Shown piece after piece: positions 1 to 9,549 of a DNA stretch of 64,000 nt. The notes beneath the pieces are model-generated. The model did not search any database and was not told the origin of the DNA. It saw nothing but the letters and a program-made list of their open reading frames with translations. Source of the stretch: Gemmatimonadota bacterium (GTDB lineage Bacteria; Latescibacterota; UBA2968; UBA8231); assembly GCA_038153405.1 (NCBI GenBank), contig JAYOYH010000007.1, positions 43,096-107,095 of the forward strand. The letters are read 5' to 3'. Within the stretch, counting starts at the first letter, position 1. Each line of letters starts with the position of its first letter. Position numbers and translations under genes: made by a program.

Positions 1-962
1 CCGGCGCCGCTGGACAGATTGGTTACGCGCTGTTGCCGCGCCTGGCATCGGGAGCTGTATTCGGCCCCGACGTGCGCGTTTCGCTGCACCTCCTCGAAAT
101 CACGCCAGCGCTCAAAGCACTGGAGGGCGTGGTCATGGAGTTGGACGACTGCGCCTTTCCACTGCTCGACGATATCGTGCTTACAGACGACGCAGAGAAG
201 GCGTTTGACGGCATTAATTGGGGTCTACTGGTGGGCTCCAAACCGCGCGGGAAGGGTATGGAGCGCGGCGATTTGATTCGCGAAAACGGGCCTATTTTCG
301 TCGGGCAGGGCAAGGCGCTGGCGCGCGCAGCGTCCGATGTGCGGGTGCTAGTCGTGGGCAATCCGGCCAACACAAACTGCCTGATTGCCATGCACAATGC
401 CGCGGGGGCCGGGGTGCCTAAGGAGCGCTTTCACGCCATGACGCGCCTCGATCAGAATCGCGCCCAGGCGCAGCTAGCCAAGAAGGCCGGCGTCAAAGTG
501 GCCGAGGTGACCAATATGGCCATCTGGGGCAATCATAGCGCGACCCAGTACCCCGACGCGGAAAACGCGCGCATCGGTGGGCGCCCGGTTGCCGAAGTAA
601 TCGGCCACGTTTCGTGGCTACAGCAGGATTTTATAAAGATTGTCCAGCAGCGCGGGGCGGCCGTTATCGAAGCGCGCGGTCTGTCGTCGGCTGCTTCGGC
701 TGCCAATGCCGCCCTCGACCACGTAATGAGCATGGAGCGCGCCACGCCCGAGGGCGACTTTTTCTCGGCGGCCATTGTCTCTGACGGCAGCTATGGCGTT
801 GAGGAGGGGCTGATTTACTCCTTCCCCGTTTGCAGCGATGGAAAGGGGAACTGGAGTATCGTACAGGGGCTCGAATTGAGCGGTTTTGCCCGCGAAAAGA
901 TTGCCGCCACCGAGGCCGAACTCAAAGAAGAGCGGGCCGTCATAGCCGATTTGCTTTCGTAA
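1..962 (+). CDS. mdh: Malate dehydrogenase (LDH-like cytosolic type), 5'-truncated at the window edge
   Basis: The frame continues upstream of nt 33: the translation from nt 3 reads [21 protein letters not shown], the NAD-binding N-terminal region of MDH. Downstream motifs include [33 protein letters not shown] and IWGNHS. Stop is at 960-962. Confidence 0.9.
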   Translation, partial: GAAGQIGYALLPRLASGAVFGPDVRVSLHLLEITPALKALEGVVMELDDCAFPLLDDIVLTDDAEKAFDGINWGLLVGSKPRGKGMERGDLIRENGPIFVGQGKALARAASDVRVLVVGNPANTNCLIAMHNAAGAGVPKERFHAMTRLDQNRAQAQLAKKAGVKVAEVTNMAIWGNHSATQYPDAENARIGGRPVAEVIGHVSWLQQDFIKIVQQRGAAVIEARGLSSAASAANAALDHVMSMERATPEGDFFSAAIVSDGSYGVEEGLIYSFPVCSDGKGNWSIVQGLELSGFAREKIAATEAELKEERAVIADLLS

Positions 963-1733
963 TTGTCTCCCTCTGCAGTGCAGTGGGACGCCCGTCTGTA
1001 CGATGAGCACCACGGCTACGTGGCTCGCTTTGGGCGCGATCTGCTCGATGTGTTGCGCCCCCAGGTCGGTGAGTCCATCCTCGACCTGGGGTGCGGCACG
1101 GGCGATTTGACGGTGCAGTTGGCCGCAGTTGGATCGCAGGTGCTGGGCGTGGATGCCTCGCCCGCGATGGTCGATGCGGCCCGCGCTAAGTATCCTCAGC
1201 AATCCTTTTTACAGGCCGATGTGCGCACGCTGGATCAGGTGCTCGGACAGCGTCGCTTCGACGCCGTTTTTTCCAATGCCGTTCTCCACTGGGTTCGCCA
1301 GCCCGAACTGGCGCTGGGCCAGATGGCCGCCCGGCTGAAAAAGGGCGGCCGCTTGGTGTTGGAAATGGGCGGTGCGCGCAATATTGCCGCCATACGCGAT
1401 GGCTTGGATAGGGCCCGCCGTCACTTGGCACTGCCCGCAGTGCAATCCCCCTGGTATTTTCCCTCGCTAAGTCAGTACTGCGCCCTGGTAGAAGGGTGCG
1501 GCCTGCGCGTTGGCGCGGCGTGGCATTTTGCGCGCCCGACGCCGATGGAAGGGGAAGGGGGCCTGCGCGACTGGTTGTCCATGTTTGCCACCGCCTACCT
1601 AGACGACGTGGATTTGTCGATGAGGGAAAAATTGGTCGAAGCCGTTGAAGGACACGCCCGTGCCCAACTCTACCGCGACGGCCAGTGGTGGGTCGACTAC
1701 TGGCGGCTGCGCGTCGTCGCCCACGAGGGTTGA
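963..1733 (+). CDS. SAM-dependent methyltransferase, trans-aconitate methyltransferase (Tam)-like
   Basis: LDLGCGTGDLT is SAM-binding motif I, with the conserved VLGVDASPAMV..A downstream. The ORF begins with TTG at 963 directly after the mdh stop; GTG at 978 is an alternative start. Confidence 0.7.
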   Translation: MSPSAVQWDARLYDEHHGYVARFGRDLLDVLRPQVGESILDLGCGTGDLTVQLAAVGSQVLGVDASPAMVDAARAKYPQQSFLQADVRTLDQVLGQRRFDAVFSNAVLHWVRQPELALGQMAARLKKGGRLVLEMGGARNIAAIRDGLDRARRHLALPAVQSPWYFPSLSQYCALVEGCGLRVGAAWHFARPTPMEGEGGLRDWLSMFATAYLDDVDLSMREKLVEAVEGHARAQLYRDGQWWVDYWRLRVVAHEG

Positions 1734-1739
1734 GCTCGA

Positions 1740-2504
1740 ATGGAAGCCTACCGAGCGCGGTTTTACGACGCCTATTTTACTGGAGTGGATGGCGAAGTCG
1801 ACTTTTACGTGGACGAGGCGGCCGAAGCCAGCGGTCCCGTGCTCGAATTGGGCTGCGGCACGGGGCGCGTATTATTGCCCATCGCCCGCAGCGGGGTGGA
1901 GGTCGTTGGGCTGGATCGATCGCCTGAATTGTTGGATGTGCTGAGAGAAAAACTGGCTGGCGAAGAGGATGCCGTCGTTGAGCGGGTTGGCCTCGTCGAA
2001 GCCGATATGATTGATTTTTCCCTCGGGCAAAGAGTGGGCGCTGCCCTCATTCCCTACCGCTCGTTCCAGCACCTCTTGGATCGGAGCGACCAGGAGTGCG
2101 CGCTGCGCACTATCTGGCAGCATCTCGAGGTGGGGGGGCGACTGGTGTTCAATGCCTACGACCCGCTGGGCGATATTGCGCGCGAGGGGCTTTCCTGTCC
2201 GCTGCGCAAAGATATCGATTTCTTCGACAATCGCACCGGACACGCGGTGACCGTCTATTACAGTCGGCAAGTCGATCCCCAGGTGCAGATCATAGAGCAG
2301 GAATTCATCTATGAAGAGTTTGATGCGGAGGGCATTTCGCAGGGGCGCTGGATGAATTTGCTGCAGCTGCGCTGGACCCCGCAGGGAGAAATGGCGCATT
2401 TGTTGGAGCGCTGTGGATTTTGCATAGAGGCGCTGTACGGCGATTTCGAGGGAGCGCCCTATGCGGGATACGGCGAACAGGTATGGGTAGCCAGCCGAAC
2501 ATAA
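1740..2504 (+). CDS. Class I SAM-dependent methyltransferase
   Basis: VLELGCGTGRVLLPIA..VVGLDRSPELL is a Rossmann SAM-binding signature. It sits 6 nt after the previous methyltransferase. Confidence 0.7.
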   Translation: MEAYRARFYDAYFTGVDGEVDFYVDEAAEASGPVLELGCGTGRVLLPIARSGVEVVGLDRSPELLDVLREKLAGEEDAVVERVGLVEADMIDFSLGQRVGAALIPYRSFQHLLDRSDQECALRTIWQHLEVGGRLVFNAYDPLGDIAREGLSCPLRKDIDFFDNRTGHAVTVYYSRQVDPQVQIIEQEFIYEEFDAEGISQGRWMNLLQLRWTPQGEMAHLLERCGFCIEALYGDFEGAPYAGYGEQVWVASRT

Positions 2505-3163
2505 AAACCTACCGGCACTTGGTCTGGGATTGGAACGGCACGCTGATGGACGATGTGCAGCTGTGTCTCGAAATAACAAATCTGCTGCTAGCCCGTCGCG
2601 CCCTGCCCTCGGTCGATGTCGTTCGCTATCGCGATGTTTTTGGCTTTCCCCTGCGCGACTATTGCCTGCGACTGGGGTTTGACTTGCGCCGAGATTCCTT
2701 TGAGCAGATCAGCGACGAGTTTGCCGAAATCTACGAAGGGCGACGCTACGAGTGCCCGCTGCAGACCGGGAGCGCTCAGCGCTTGGCCGATCTTGAACGC
2801 AGAGGCGTAGAGCACTCGCTGCTTTCGGCCTACGGACAAGAACGGTTGGAAGAGATCGTGGACTACTACGAATTGACGCCCTTTTTCTCCGCGATTATTG
2901 GACTCGATAACGACTATGCTCAAGGCAAGGTCGAGCGCGGCCGTCGCTGCATGGCCGAAATGAATTGGGCTGCTGCCGACATGCTCTACATTGGGGACAC
3001 GCTGCACGACGCCGAGGTCGCACGGGCCATGGGCGTCGACTGTCTGCTCGTATCACAGGGACACCAGAGCCGTGCCAGACTGCTGTCTTCCGGTTTTCCA
3101 GTGGTAGACGATCTGGGCGCCGTGGGCCTTTTTTTAGCCGGTGGCCATGACGCCCGTCCGTGA
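2483..3163 (+). CDS. HAD-superfamily hydrolase (phosphatase-like)
   Basis: The N-terminus WDWNGTLMDD resembles HAD motif I (DxDGTLxD-like), with a C-terminal GDTLHD motif. The start was moved to the internal ATG at 2483 (MGSQPNIKTYRHLVWDWNGTL); the ORF-track start at 2420 would overlap the upstream gene by 85 nt. Confidence 0.65.
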   Translation: MGSQPNIKTYRHLVWDWNGTLMDDVQLCLEITNLLLARRALPSVDVVRYRDVFGFPLRDYCLRLGFDLRRDSFEQISDEFAEIYEGRRYECPLQTGSAQRLADLERRGVEHSLLSAYGQERLEEIVDYYELTPFFSAIIGLDNDYAQGKVERGRRCMAEMNWAAADMLYIGDTLHDAEVARAMGVDCLLVSQGHQSRARLLSSGFPVVDDLGAVGLFLAGGHDARP

Positions 3164-4352
3164 AGAATTTCTGCGGGCCTGGTGCGAGGTGAGCCGCGCT
3201 GCCCTGCGCACCAATGTGGCTACGCTGCGCTCGGGCTTGGCCGCCGGTGCGCTGCTGGGAATCGTGGTCAAAAGCGATGCCTACGGGCACGGACTCGTGC
3301 TGTGTGCCCGCGAATTTGTCGCTGCCGGTGCCGATTGGTTGGTGGTCAACTCGCTGGACGAGGCGGTGCGACTGCGCCGGGCCGGTTTGATGGTTCCGCT
3401 CTACATCTGTGCGCAGGTTGCCCCCTTTGAGGCATCGCTCGCCGTTGAGAGCGGCGCGCGCATCGTGCTGTGCGATGCGGATACTGCTCGAGCACTGGCC
3501 GCCTCAGCACGTCAGAGCGGCGTTGTGCTTCGCTGTCATATAAAGGTAGAAACAGGCACGCACCGCCAGGGTATAGGGCGGGATGAGCTGCCGGAATTTG
3601 CCCGGCTGGTCAAAGGGCTTGATGGCCTCGAGATAGAGGGCCTGACGACGCACTTTGCCGATATTGAAGAGGCGGCCGATCGCAGTTTTTCCGAAGAGCA
3701 AATGCGCGCCCTATCCGCTGCGGCCTCTGACCTGCGCTCTATGGGGATCGACGTGCCCATGGTGCATGCGGCCAATTCCGCTGCAGCCCTGCTGTGGCCG
3801 GAAACCCACGGCAGCCTCGTGCGGGCCGGCATTGCCGCCTATGGGTTATGGCCCTCCAACGCCACGCATGCGGTGGCCGAAGGGCGCTCAGCGCCGTTGC
3901 CTCGGCTCTACCCGGCGCTGAGCTGGAAGGCGCGCATCGCCCAAGTCAAAACGGTGCCAGTAGGGGGCACCATTGGCTATGGGCGCACCTTTCGCACGCG
4001 CCGTTCCATGCGCATTGGCATCGTGCCGGTTGGCTATTACGAGGGCTACGATCGCCGCATGTCGAACCGGGGCCACGTGCTGGTAGAGGGCGCGCGCGCG
4101 CCCGTGCGCGGTCGCGTTTGCATGAATATGTTTATGATCGATCTCACGGATGTTCCTCAGGTGCGCACCGGGCAGGTGGTGACGCTGCTGGGCGCCGAGG
4201 GAAGCGAGGACGTTGGTGCCCAACAGTGGGCGTCTTGGATGAACAGCATACACTACGAGGCAATCAGTCGGATTCACCCTGAACAGCCGCGTCTGCTGCG
4301 GGCAGAAGACGGGTTGCTCTATTTAGGAGAGGATGCAAAAGCATATGAGTGA
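3141..4352 (+). CDS. alr: Alanine racemase
   Basis: VVKSDAYGHG is the PLP-lysine motif of alanine racemases. The C-terminal YGR..R.G..VPVGYYEGY..R...G.VLV.G.RAP..GRVCM region matches the conserved alr beta-domain. Confidence 0.85.
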   Translation: MAMTPVREEFLRAWCEVSRAALRTNVATLRSGLAAGALLGIVVKSDAYGHGLVLCAREFVAAGADWLVVNSLDEAVRLRRAGLMVPLYICAQVAPFEASLAVESGARIVLCDADTARALAASARQSGVVLRCHIKVETGTHRQGIGRDELPEFARLVKGLDGLEIEGLTTHFADIEEAADRSFSEEQMRALSAAASDLRSMGIDVPMVHAANSAAALLWPETHGSLVRAGIAAYGLWPSNATHAVAEGRSAPLPRLYPALSWKARIAQVKTVPVGGTIGYGRTFRTRRSMRIGIVPVGYYEGYDRRMSNRGHVLVEGARAPVRGRVCMNMFMIDLTDVPQVRTGQVVTLLGAEGSEDVGAQQWASWMNSIHYEAISRIHPEQPRLLRAEDGLLYLGEDAKAYE

Positions 4353-5244
4353 GACTTGGCGCGGAATTATGCCCATCGTGGCCACGCCCTTTACGCGCAC
4401 GTACGAATTAGACGAAGCGGGATTGCGCAAGCTCGTGCACTTTTGCATCGATGCCGGGGCCACTGGACTGGTCGGGCCGGCCAATGCCAGCGAGTTTTCT
4501 ACGCTGTCCGATGACGAGCGCCGGCGCTGGATCGAGATCGTCGTCGGCGAGGCGGGCGGCCAAGTGCCGGTGGTCGCCGCAGTGACCTCCGGTCATGTAT
4601 TGCCGGCCGTGGCCCTATCCTGCTTTGCGCAGCGCGTCGGTGCAGAGGGAATTATGTCGATGCCGCCGCACGTTCTGCATCCCGATGCCGGCGGCTGTTA
4701 TGCTTTTTACGATGCCTTGAGTACGGCGGTAGATATTCCGATATGCGTGCAGAATTTTAACCTGCCGATCGGCACGCCGATGAGCGCTGAACTGCTGGCG
4801 CGCATGTGTGCTGAGTTGGACGGCGTGGACTATATAAAAGAGGAGACCGCGCCCGAACCGCGCCAGATAAGCCGCACCCTCGAAGCGGCCAAAGCCGGCT
4901 GCCGCGGGGTGCTGGGCGGACAGGGGGGTATTTACCTCATCGACGAATACCGCCGTGGAGCTTGCGGCAATATGCCGGGATGCCATACGACGGATGTGTT
5001 GGTGGATTTGTGGACTAAGCTAGAATCCGATGACGAGTCGGGCGCCAGGCAACTCTTTAACCAACTCCTGCCGCTCATGAACTACGAACGGCTCTACGGC
5101 GTGGCCGTCTACAAGCTCATTTTACATCGGCGCGGCCTGATCGATACGCCGCTGCGCCGTGCCCCTGGTGTTGATCTCGATGCCTACGATATGACCGAGT
5201 TGGACAGCGTTCTCAACAGCGTCGAAGCGCTGTTTCGCCTGTAG
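4333..5244 (+). CDS. Dihydrodipicolinate synthase/N-acetylneuraminate lyase family (DapA-like) class I aldolase
   Basis: IMPIVATPF...LDEAGLRKLVHFCIDAGATGLV matches the DHDPS-family N-terminal fold, with a length of about 300 aa. The start may be the internal ATG at 4348. Confidence 0.7.
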   Translation: MQKHMSETWRGIMPIVATPFTRTYELDEAGLRKLVHFCIDAGATGLVGPANASEFSTLSDDERRRWIEIVVGEAGGQVPVVAAVTSGHVLPAVALSCFAQRVGAEGIMSMPPHVLHPDAGGCYAFYDALSTAVDIPICVQNFNLPIGTPMSAELLARMCAELDGVDYIKEETAPEPRQISRTLEAAKAGCRGVLGGQGGIYLIDEYRRGACGNMPGCHTTDVLVDLWTKLESDDESGARQLFNQLLPLMNYERLYGVAVYKLILHRRGLIDTPLRRAPGVDLDAYDMTELDSVLNSVEALFRL

Positions 5245-5250
5245 ATAGCC

Positions 5251-6096
5251 ATGGGGGCCGAGGCGGCGATAGGGGCGATTGCGCGCGACGGGTTTTGCCT
5301 GATTGAAGGCGTAGTGCCAAGCGATGCCCTGCCGGAGATTGGCCGCCAAGTAGTGGCTGCGCAGGGCGCGCACAACTCCGAGTCCGAAGCGCAAAAGCAG
5401 GCTACGAGGGCGCGGGGGCATCGGGTCGGTGCACGCGGAGTCAGCAGCATGCGCCAGATAATAAACGCTTCGCAGGTTTTCGCTCCCTATTTGGCCGATC
5501 GCCGCATACTCGATATCGTCGAGGCCTGCTTTGGTCCTTGGCCGCGCATCTCCTGCACCGACTGCGTCATAAACGAGCCGGGCAATGAACGCGGCTACTG
5601 GCACGCCGACTGGCCCTACAACCAGACCAATGCATCCCATGTGGCCGCGCCCTATCCGGACCTGCTAATGCACCTATCGACCATTTGGATGCTGAGCGAT
5701 TTTACCCGCGAAAACGGCGCTACCTGGATTTTGCCAGGCAGCCATCGACGGGGGGAAAATCCTTCGGCCGGGTCGATGAACGGCATCGACTGCGATCGGG
5801 CACTTCCCGGGCAAATGCAGGTTGAAGGAGAGGCGGGCAGCGTGCTGGTCTACGACAGCCGGCTATGGCACGCCGTGGCGGCCAACGTCAGTTCATCGCG
5901 CCGCTTGGCCCTGTTGGTGCGCTATGCCCCTTGGTGGCTCAATCTCAACCCGACGCATCCCGGCACGCCGGAATATCAGATGATGGTCGACGAGACGGAA
6001 GGGAAGAACTACGAAGTGCCTTCGCTGCGCCGCGAGGTATTTGACGGTCTACCGCCTGCCGTCCAGCCGCTTTACCGACATTGGGTTCACCCGTAG
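5251..6096 (+). CDS. Phytanoyl-CoA dioxygenase (PhyH) family Fe(II)/2OG oxygenase
   Basis: YWHADWPY (HxD) with a later RLWHAV histidine and RRLALLVRY, typical of PhyH-family members. Confidence 0.65.
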   Translation: MGAEAAIGAIARDGFCLIEGVVPSDALPEIGRQVVAAQGAHNSESEAQKQATRARGHRVGARGVSSMRQIINASQVFAPYLADRRILDIVEACFGPWPRISCTDCVINEPGNERGYWHADWPYNQTNASHVAAPYPDLLMHLSTIWMLSDFTRENGATWILPGSHRRGENPSAGSMNGIDCDRALPGQMQVEGEAGSVLVYDSRLWHAVAANVSSSRRLALLVRYAPWWLNLNPTHPGTPEYQMMVDETEGKNYEVPSLRREVFDGLPPAVQPLYRHWVHP

Positions 6097-7615
6097 CGAA
6101 AGGCCTGCCGTGCAGCGCGCTCCCAATATCCTCTATGTGATGACCGACCAGCAGCGCTTTGATACGATTGCGGCGCTGGGCAACAAACATATTTATACGC
6201 CTAATTTCGATCGTCTCGTTGGTCGCGGATTGGCATTTACCAATGCCTATTCGACGTGTCCGGTGTGCGTTGCGGCCCGCTACACCATTCGCACGGGCTG
6301 CGAACCGCTCAATACGCGCGTCTTTTCCAACGGGATAGACGACCCGGCGCCCGGGCAGGGGGCGACGATGGCCGAGCGCTGTGGACCCTATCTGGCTGAA
6401 GCGATGGCTTCGAGGGGCTACCGCACGTTCGGCATTGGCAAGTTTCATACCAATCCCTGGGATGAAGAACTGGGCTATCAATCGCATCTGCGCAGCGAGG
6501 AATTGTACGGCAACCCCGAGCGGCGCCGCGGCGATGCCTATGCCCAGTTTATCGCCCAGCACTACCCGGCTTACGACTTTGTCGAAGGCCTAATGGGCGA
6601 GCGAACAGAGATGTACTATATGCCGCAAATGAGTCCTATGCCCGCCGAGTGCACGGTCGAGGCATGGGCCGCCGATCGCGCCGTAGAGCGCATACGCCTA
6701 GACGACGGCCGGCCCTTTTTTGGCTTTGTCTCCTTTATTGGTCCCCATCCACCGCTGGCCCCGCCCATTCCTTTTAACCGCATGTACGATCCCGATCGCA
6801 TGCCCAGTCCGGTGCGCGGCGCCGTCGATTCAGACCATATGGACGAGCAAATTCCGTGGATGAACTACGCCATTTGGGCCGAAGATATTACCGACGCGCA
6901 TGCCCGCATTTTAAAGGCGCGCTACTACGGAGAGATAAGTTATATCGACCAGTGCTTAGGCCGCATACTCGACGCGGTGGAAGCGCGCGCAGATGCCGAA
7001 GATACGCTCATCTGCTTTTTTGCCGATCACGGCGACCACATGGGCGACCACGGCGCCTGGCAGAAGGAGAGCTTTTTCGACGTTTCGTGCCGCATTCCCT
7101 TTTTGCTCAGTTGGCCGGCGCGTTTACCGGCAGACCAGCGGCGCGAGGAGTTGGTTTGCCTAACGGACCTCTTTGCCATCGCAACGGGGGCCAGTGCCGA
7201 GGTTCAGGTGCGCGATGGGTGCGATATGCTGGGGGTAGTGAGGGGCGATGTAGCCCCCCGCAGTGCGCTCTTTGGCTACTACGGTTCACCGGGCACGCCC
7301 CGGTTTAAGATTATGGTCAGAGAAGGGGAGTGGAAGTATATCTACCTAGCCAACGGTGGGCGTCAACAGCTTTTTAATTTGCGGCAGGATCCGGCGGAAA
7401 TGAGCGAGTGTGCGCGGGACAACCGAGGAAAGGTAGAGCAACTGCGAAGACTAGCTGCTGGTGCACTCGCTTGCAATGCCGGACGGGCGGCGCTTGACGG
7501 AGGCGATCTGCGCGCCTTTGCGTTTGAGGCCCGGCCGCTGCAGCGCATCTACCAATTTGACCGCTCGCGCGGCGTTGTCGGCTTTCCCACACGCCCTGAG
7601 GACGCTCTGAACTAG
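6041..7615 (+). CDS. Sulfatase (arylsulfatase family)
   Basis: NILYVMTDQQRFD is the N-terminal sulfatase signature. CVAAR fits the C/S-x-P/A-x-R formylglycine motif and is followed by GxxxxHxP-like FIGPHPP. The true start may be GTG at 6110, since the ORF-track start overlaps the upstream gene by 56 nt. Confidence 0.8.
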   Translation: MTVYRLPSSRFTDIGFTRSERPAVQRAPNILYVMTDQQRFDTIAALGNKHIYTPNFDRLVGRGLAFTNAYSTCPVCVAARYTIRTGCEPLNTRVFSNGIDDPAPGQGATMAERCGPYLAEAMASRGYRTFGIGKFHTNPWDEELGYQSHLRSEELYGNPERRRGDAYAQFIAQHYPAYDFVEGLMGERTEMYYMPQMSPMPAECTVEAWAADRAVERIRLDDGRPFFGFVSFIGPHPPLAPPIPFNRMYDPDRMPSPVRGAVDSDHMDEQIPWMNYAIWAEDITDAHARILKARYYGEISYIDQCLGRILDAVEARADAEDTLICFFADHGDHMGDHGAWQKESFFDVSCRIPFLLSWPARLPADQRREELVCLTDLFAIATGASAEVQVRDGCDMLGVVRGDVAPRSALFGYYGSPGTPRFKIMVREGEWKYIYLANGGRQQLFNLRQDPAEMSECARDNRGKVEQLRRLAAGALACNAGRAALDGGDLRAFAFEARPLQRIYQFDRSRGVVGFPTRPEDALN

Positions 7616-7626
7616 CTGTCCTCAGG
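7595..7626. terminator. 9-bp perfect inverted repeat CCTGAGGAC/GTCCTCAGG spanning the sulfatase stop, between convergent genes
   Basis: Seen directly in the sequence. There is no U tract, so this is a weak terminator candidate. Confidence 0.25.
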
Positions 7627-7652
7627 CGATGGGAAGCGGGCGCGATCTGCCT

Positions 7653-8891
7653 TTATAAATGCGTTTGCCCGGCGGAATGCAGGGCGCGCGCGCTGACCCC
7701 GAGAACGCCGAGGAAACCCTCTGAGTCGCGGTGGTCAAAGTCGCCGACGGCCTCCATCGAGGCGGTGTCCTCGCTGTAGAGGGAGTGGGGTGCATCGTCG
7801 GCGGCGTGAAACGAGACCTGCCCTTTGTACAGCGACACGGAGATGGTGCCGGTGGCCAGGCCATTGAGGTGTTCGACGAATTTCCAGCAGGCCTGCGTCG
7901 CCGTGTCGAACCAATATCCCTGGTAAATCTGCTCGGCGATATAGTCGCTGATCGGGGCAAAAACGCGCCGTGCACGGCGGTCGAGGACGAGTTGGAGCAG
8001 ATACTCGTAGCACTGTCCGAGCAGCTCGAGAGCCGGGGCTTCGTAAATACCGCGCGATTTGATCCCCACAAAGCGGTTTTCCACCGCGTGCAGTCCGATG
8101 CCGATGCCGTGTCTTCCGCCAATGGCGTTGCTTTGGGCGATGGCCTCCAGCGCCGTGACAGGCGTGCCGTTGATGGCTATGGGCTGTCCCTGCTCAAAGC
8201 GCACCGTAAAGATTTCGGCCTCGTCCGGGGCTTGCACGGCAAAGACGCCCATACCGGGGTTGACGCGGTTCGTCGGCGTATGCAGGTCTTCCAATTCGCC
8301 GGCCTCGTGCGTTAGGCCGAGAATATTGGCGTCCGTCGAGTAGGGTTTGTCGTGCGTGGCGGTTATGGGCAGGTCGTGCGCTTGGCAGTAGTCGATCATT
8401 TCCCTGCGTCCGCCGAAGGAGCTGAGAAAGTGGCTGTCGCGCCAGGGCGCATAAACGGCAATGTGCGGGTCGAGCATTTGCGTGGCTAGCTGGAAGCGCA
8501 CCTGGTCATTGCCCCGTCCAGTAGCGCCGTGTCCGAGAATGCGAATGCCGCGCTCCTGCATCAGCGGCACCATATCGGCGACGACGATGTGGCGGGCAAG
8601 GCCCGTCGTGTTCCAATAGCCGCCCTCGTAGCGGGCCTGTGCCTGCACCAGTTGAATGCCGGCCTGGCTTATGGCATCCTTTAGGTCGCCGATGATCATT
8701 TCGCTTGCGCCGCAGGCCAGCATGCGCGTGCGCACATCTTCGATATCGATCTCGTCGGGCTGTCCCAGATCGGCCGTATAGGCGATCACGTCGACGCCTT
8801 GTTGACTCAGCCAGTGAGTAATGGTGCAGCTATCGAGTCCGCCGGAGACGGCCATCATAATTTTCTGTCCCACGAGATCGGCGACGTTCAT
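7653..8891 (-). CDS. argG: Argininosuccinate synthase, type II (E. coli-like long form)
   Basis: AVSGGLDSC is the PP-loop. ADLGQPDE, YEGGYWNTTGLAR and the NDQVRFQ..ATGRGNDQVRF-type motifs align with the E. coli ArgG layout. The start is set at the ATG at 8889-8891 (MNVADLVGQKI) preceded by AGGAG; the ORF-track start at 8930 is a TTG extension. Confidence 0.9.
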   Translation of the reverse strand: MNVADLVGQKIMMAVSGGLDSCTITHWLSQQGVDVIAYTADLGQPDEIDIEDVRTRMLACGASEMIIGDLKDAISQAGIQLVQAQARYEGGYWNTTGLARHIVVADMVPLMQERGIRILGHGATGRGNDQVRFQLATQMLDPHIAVYAPWRDSHFLSSFGGRREMIDYCQAHDLPITATHDKPYSTDANILGLTHEAGELEDLHTPTNRVNPGMGVFAVQAPDEAEIFTVRFEQGQPIAINGTPVTALEAIAQSNAIGGRHGIGIGLHAVENRFVGIKSRGIYEAPALELLGQCYEYLLQLVLDRRARRVFAPISDYIAEQIYQGYWFDTATQACWKFVEHLNGLATGTISVSLYKGQVSFHAADDAPHSLYSEDTASMEAVGDFDHRDSEGFLGVLGVSARALHSAGQTHL

Positions 8892-9052
8892 TGCAGTAAC
8901 TCCTGATGGGTGCGATGTATTTTTTTGCAAAAAAAGGGGTCATGCGCGCAGAAACGCATTTGCTGAATGGATCTGAATTACCGCTAGCCCTCGAAAAATG
9001 TCAAGATCGAGAGCGGGTTGGGATGAGTGGTTGCCGGGCAGGGGACAGGAGC

Positions 9053-9322
9053 TTAGTGGAGGCCTTCTTCAAAGCTGTAGAGCACGGTGCGCAAGCGCTC
9101 CATATCTTGCGTTGGCACCGCAGCCAGGCGCCGCTCCGGGCCGATCTTAAGCCAGAGCGCGCGCCAAAGGGACAAATCAGAGGCCAAGGGCGAAGCTGGC
9201 GGCCGTTCCCCTTCTGCCCGCTTAGAGCGGCGCAGTGTGCCTAAGACAATATAGGCAATGGCACCTAGAACGTCTAGGACGATGACGATCTGTAGGAGGT
9301 GGGTGAGAAATTGATCCAACAT
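9053..9322 (-). CDS. Small hypothetical membrane protein (89 aa)
   Basis: An ORF carrying one hydrophobic helix (LLQIVIVLDVLGAIAYIVLG). There are no motifs, so coding status is uncertain. Confidence 0.3.
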   Translation of the reverse strand: MLDQFLTHLLQIVIVLDVLGAIAYIVLGTLRRSKRAEGERPPASPLASDLSLWRALWLKIGPERRLAAVPTQDMERLRTVLYSFEEGLH

Positions 9323-9439
9323 GCGCGCTGAAGGTCCTCGTATGAGCCGATGTCGACGATCGCTAGTGGCTCCAGTTTTTGTTAATATAATAAAACTTGA
9401 TACTAAGTCATACTTTATATCGGCCTGCGCTGAGATAAC

Positions 9440-9468
9440 TTGACAGGTTTATGGGAGGTCGGTATCAT
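9440..9468 (+). promoter_or_regulatory. Sigma70-like promoter TTGACA-17nt-TATCAT inside an AT-rich island upstream of the amidohydrolase gene
   Basis: TTGACA at 9440-9445, a 17-nt spacer, and TATCAT at 9463-9468. The surrounding 9340-9545 region is unusually AT-rich for this genome. Confidence 0.4.
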
Positions 9469-9549
9469 TAAAAAAGTATTTCGGCGAAAAGAGACGAGTG
9501 TTTTGACGCTCGATTTTTTTTGTAGGTAATAGTAAAAAAAGGGGCTTAT

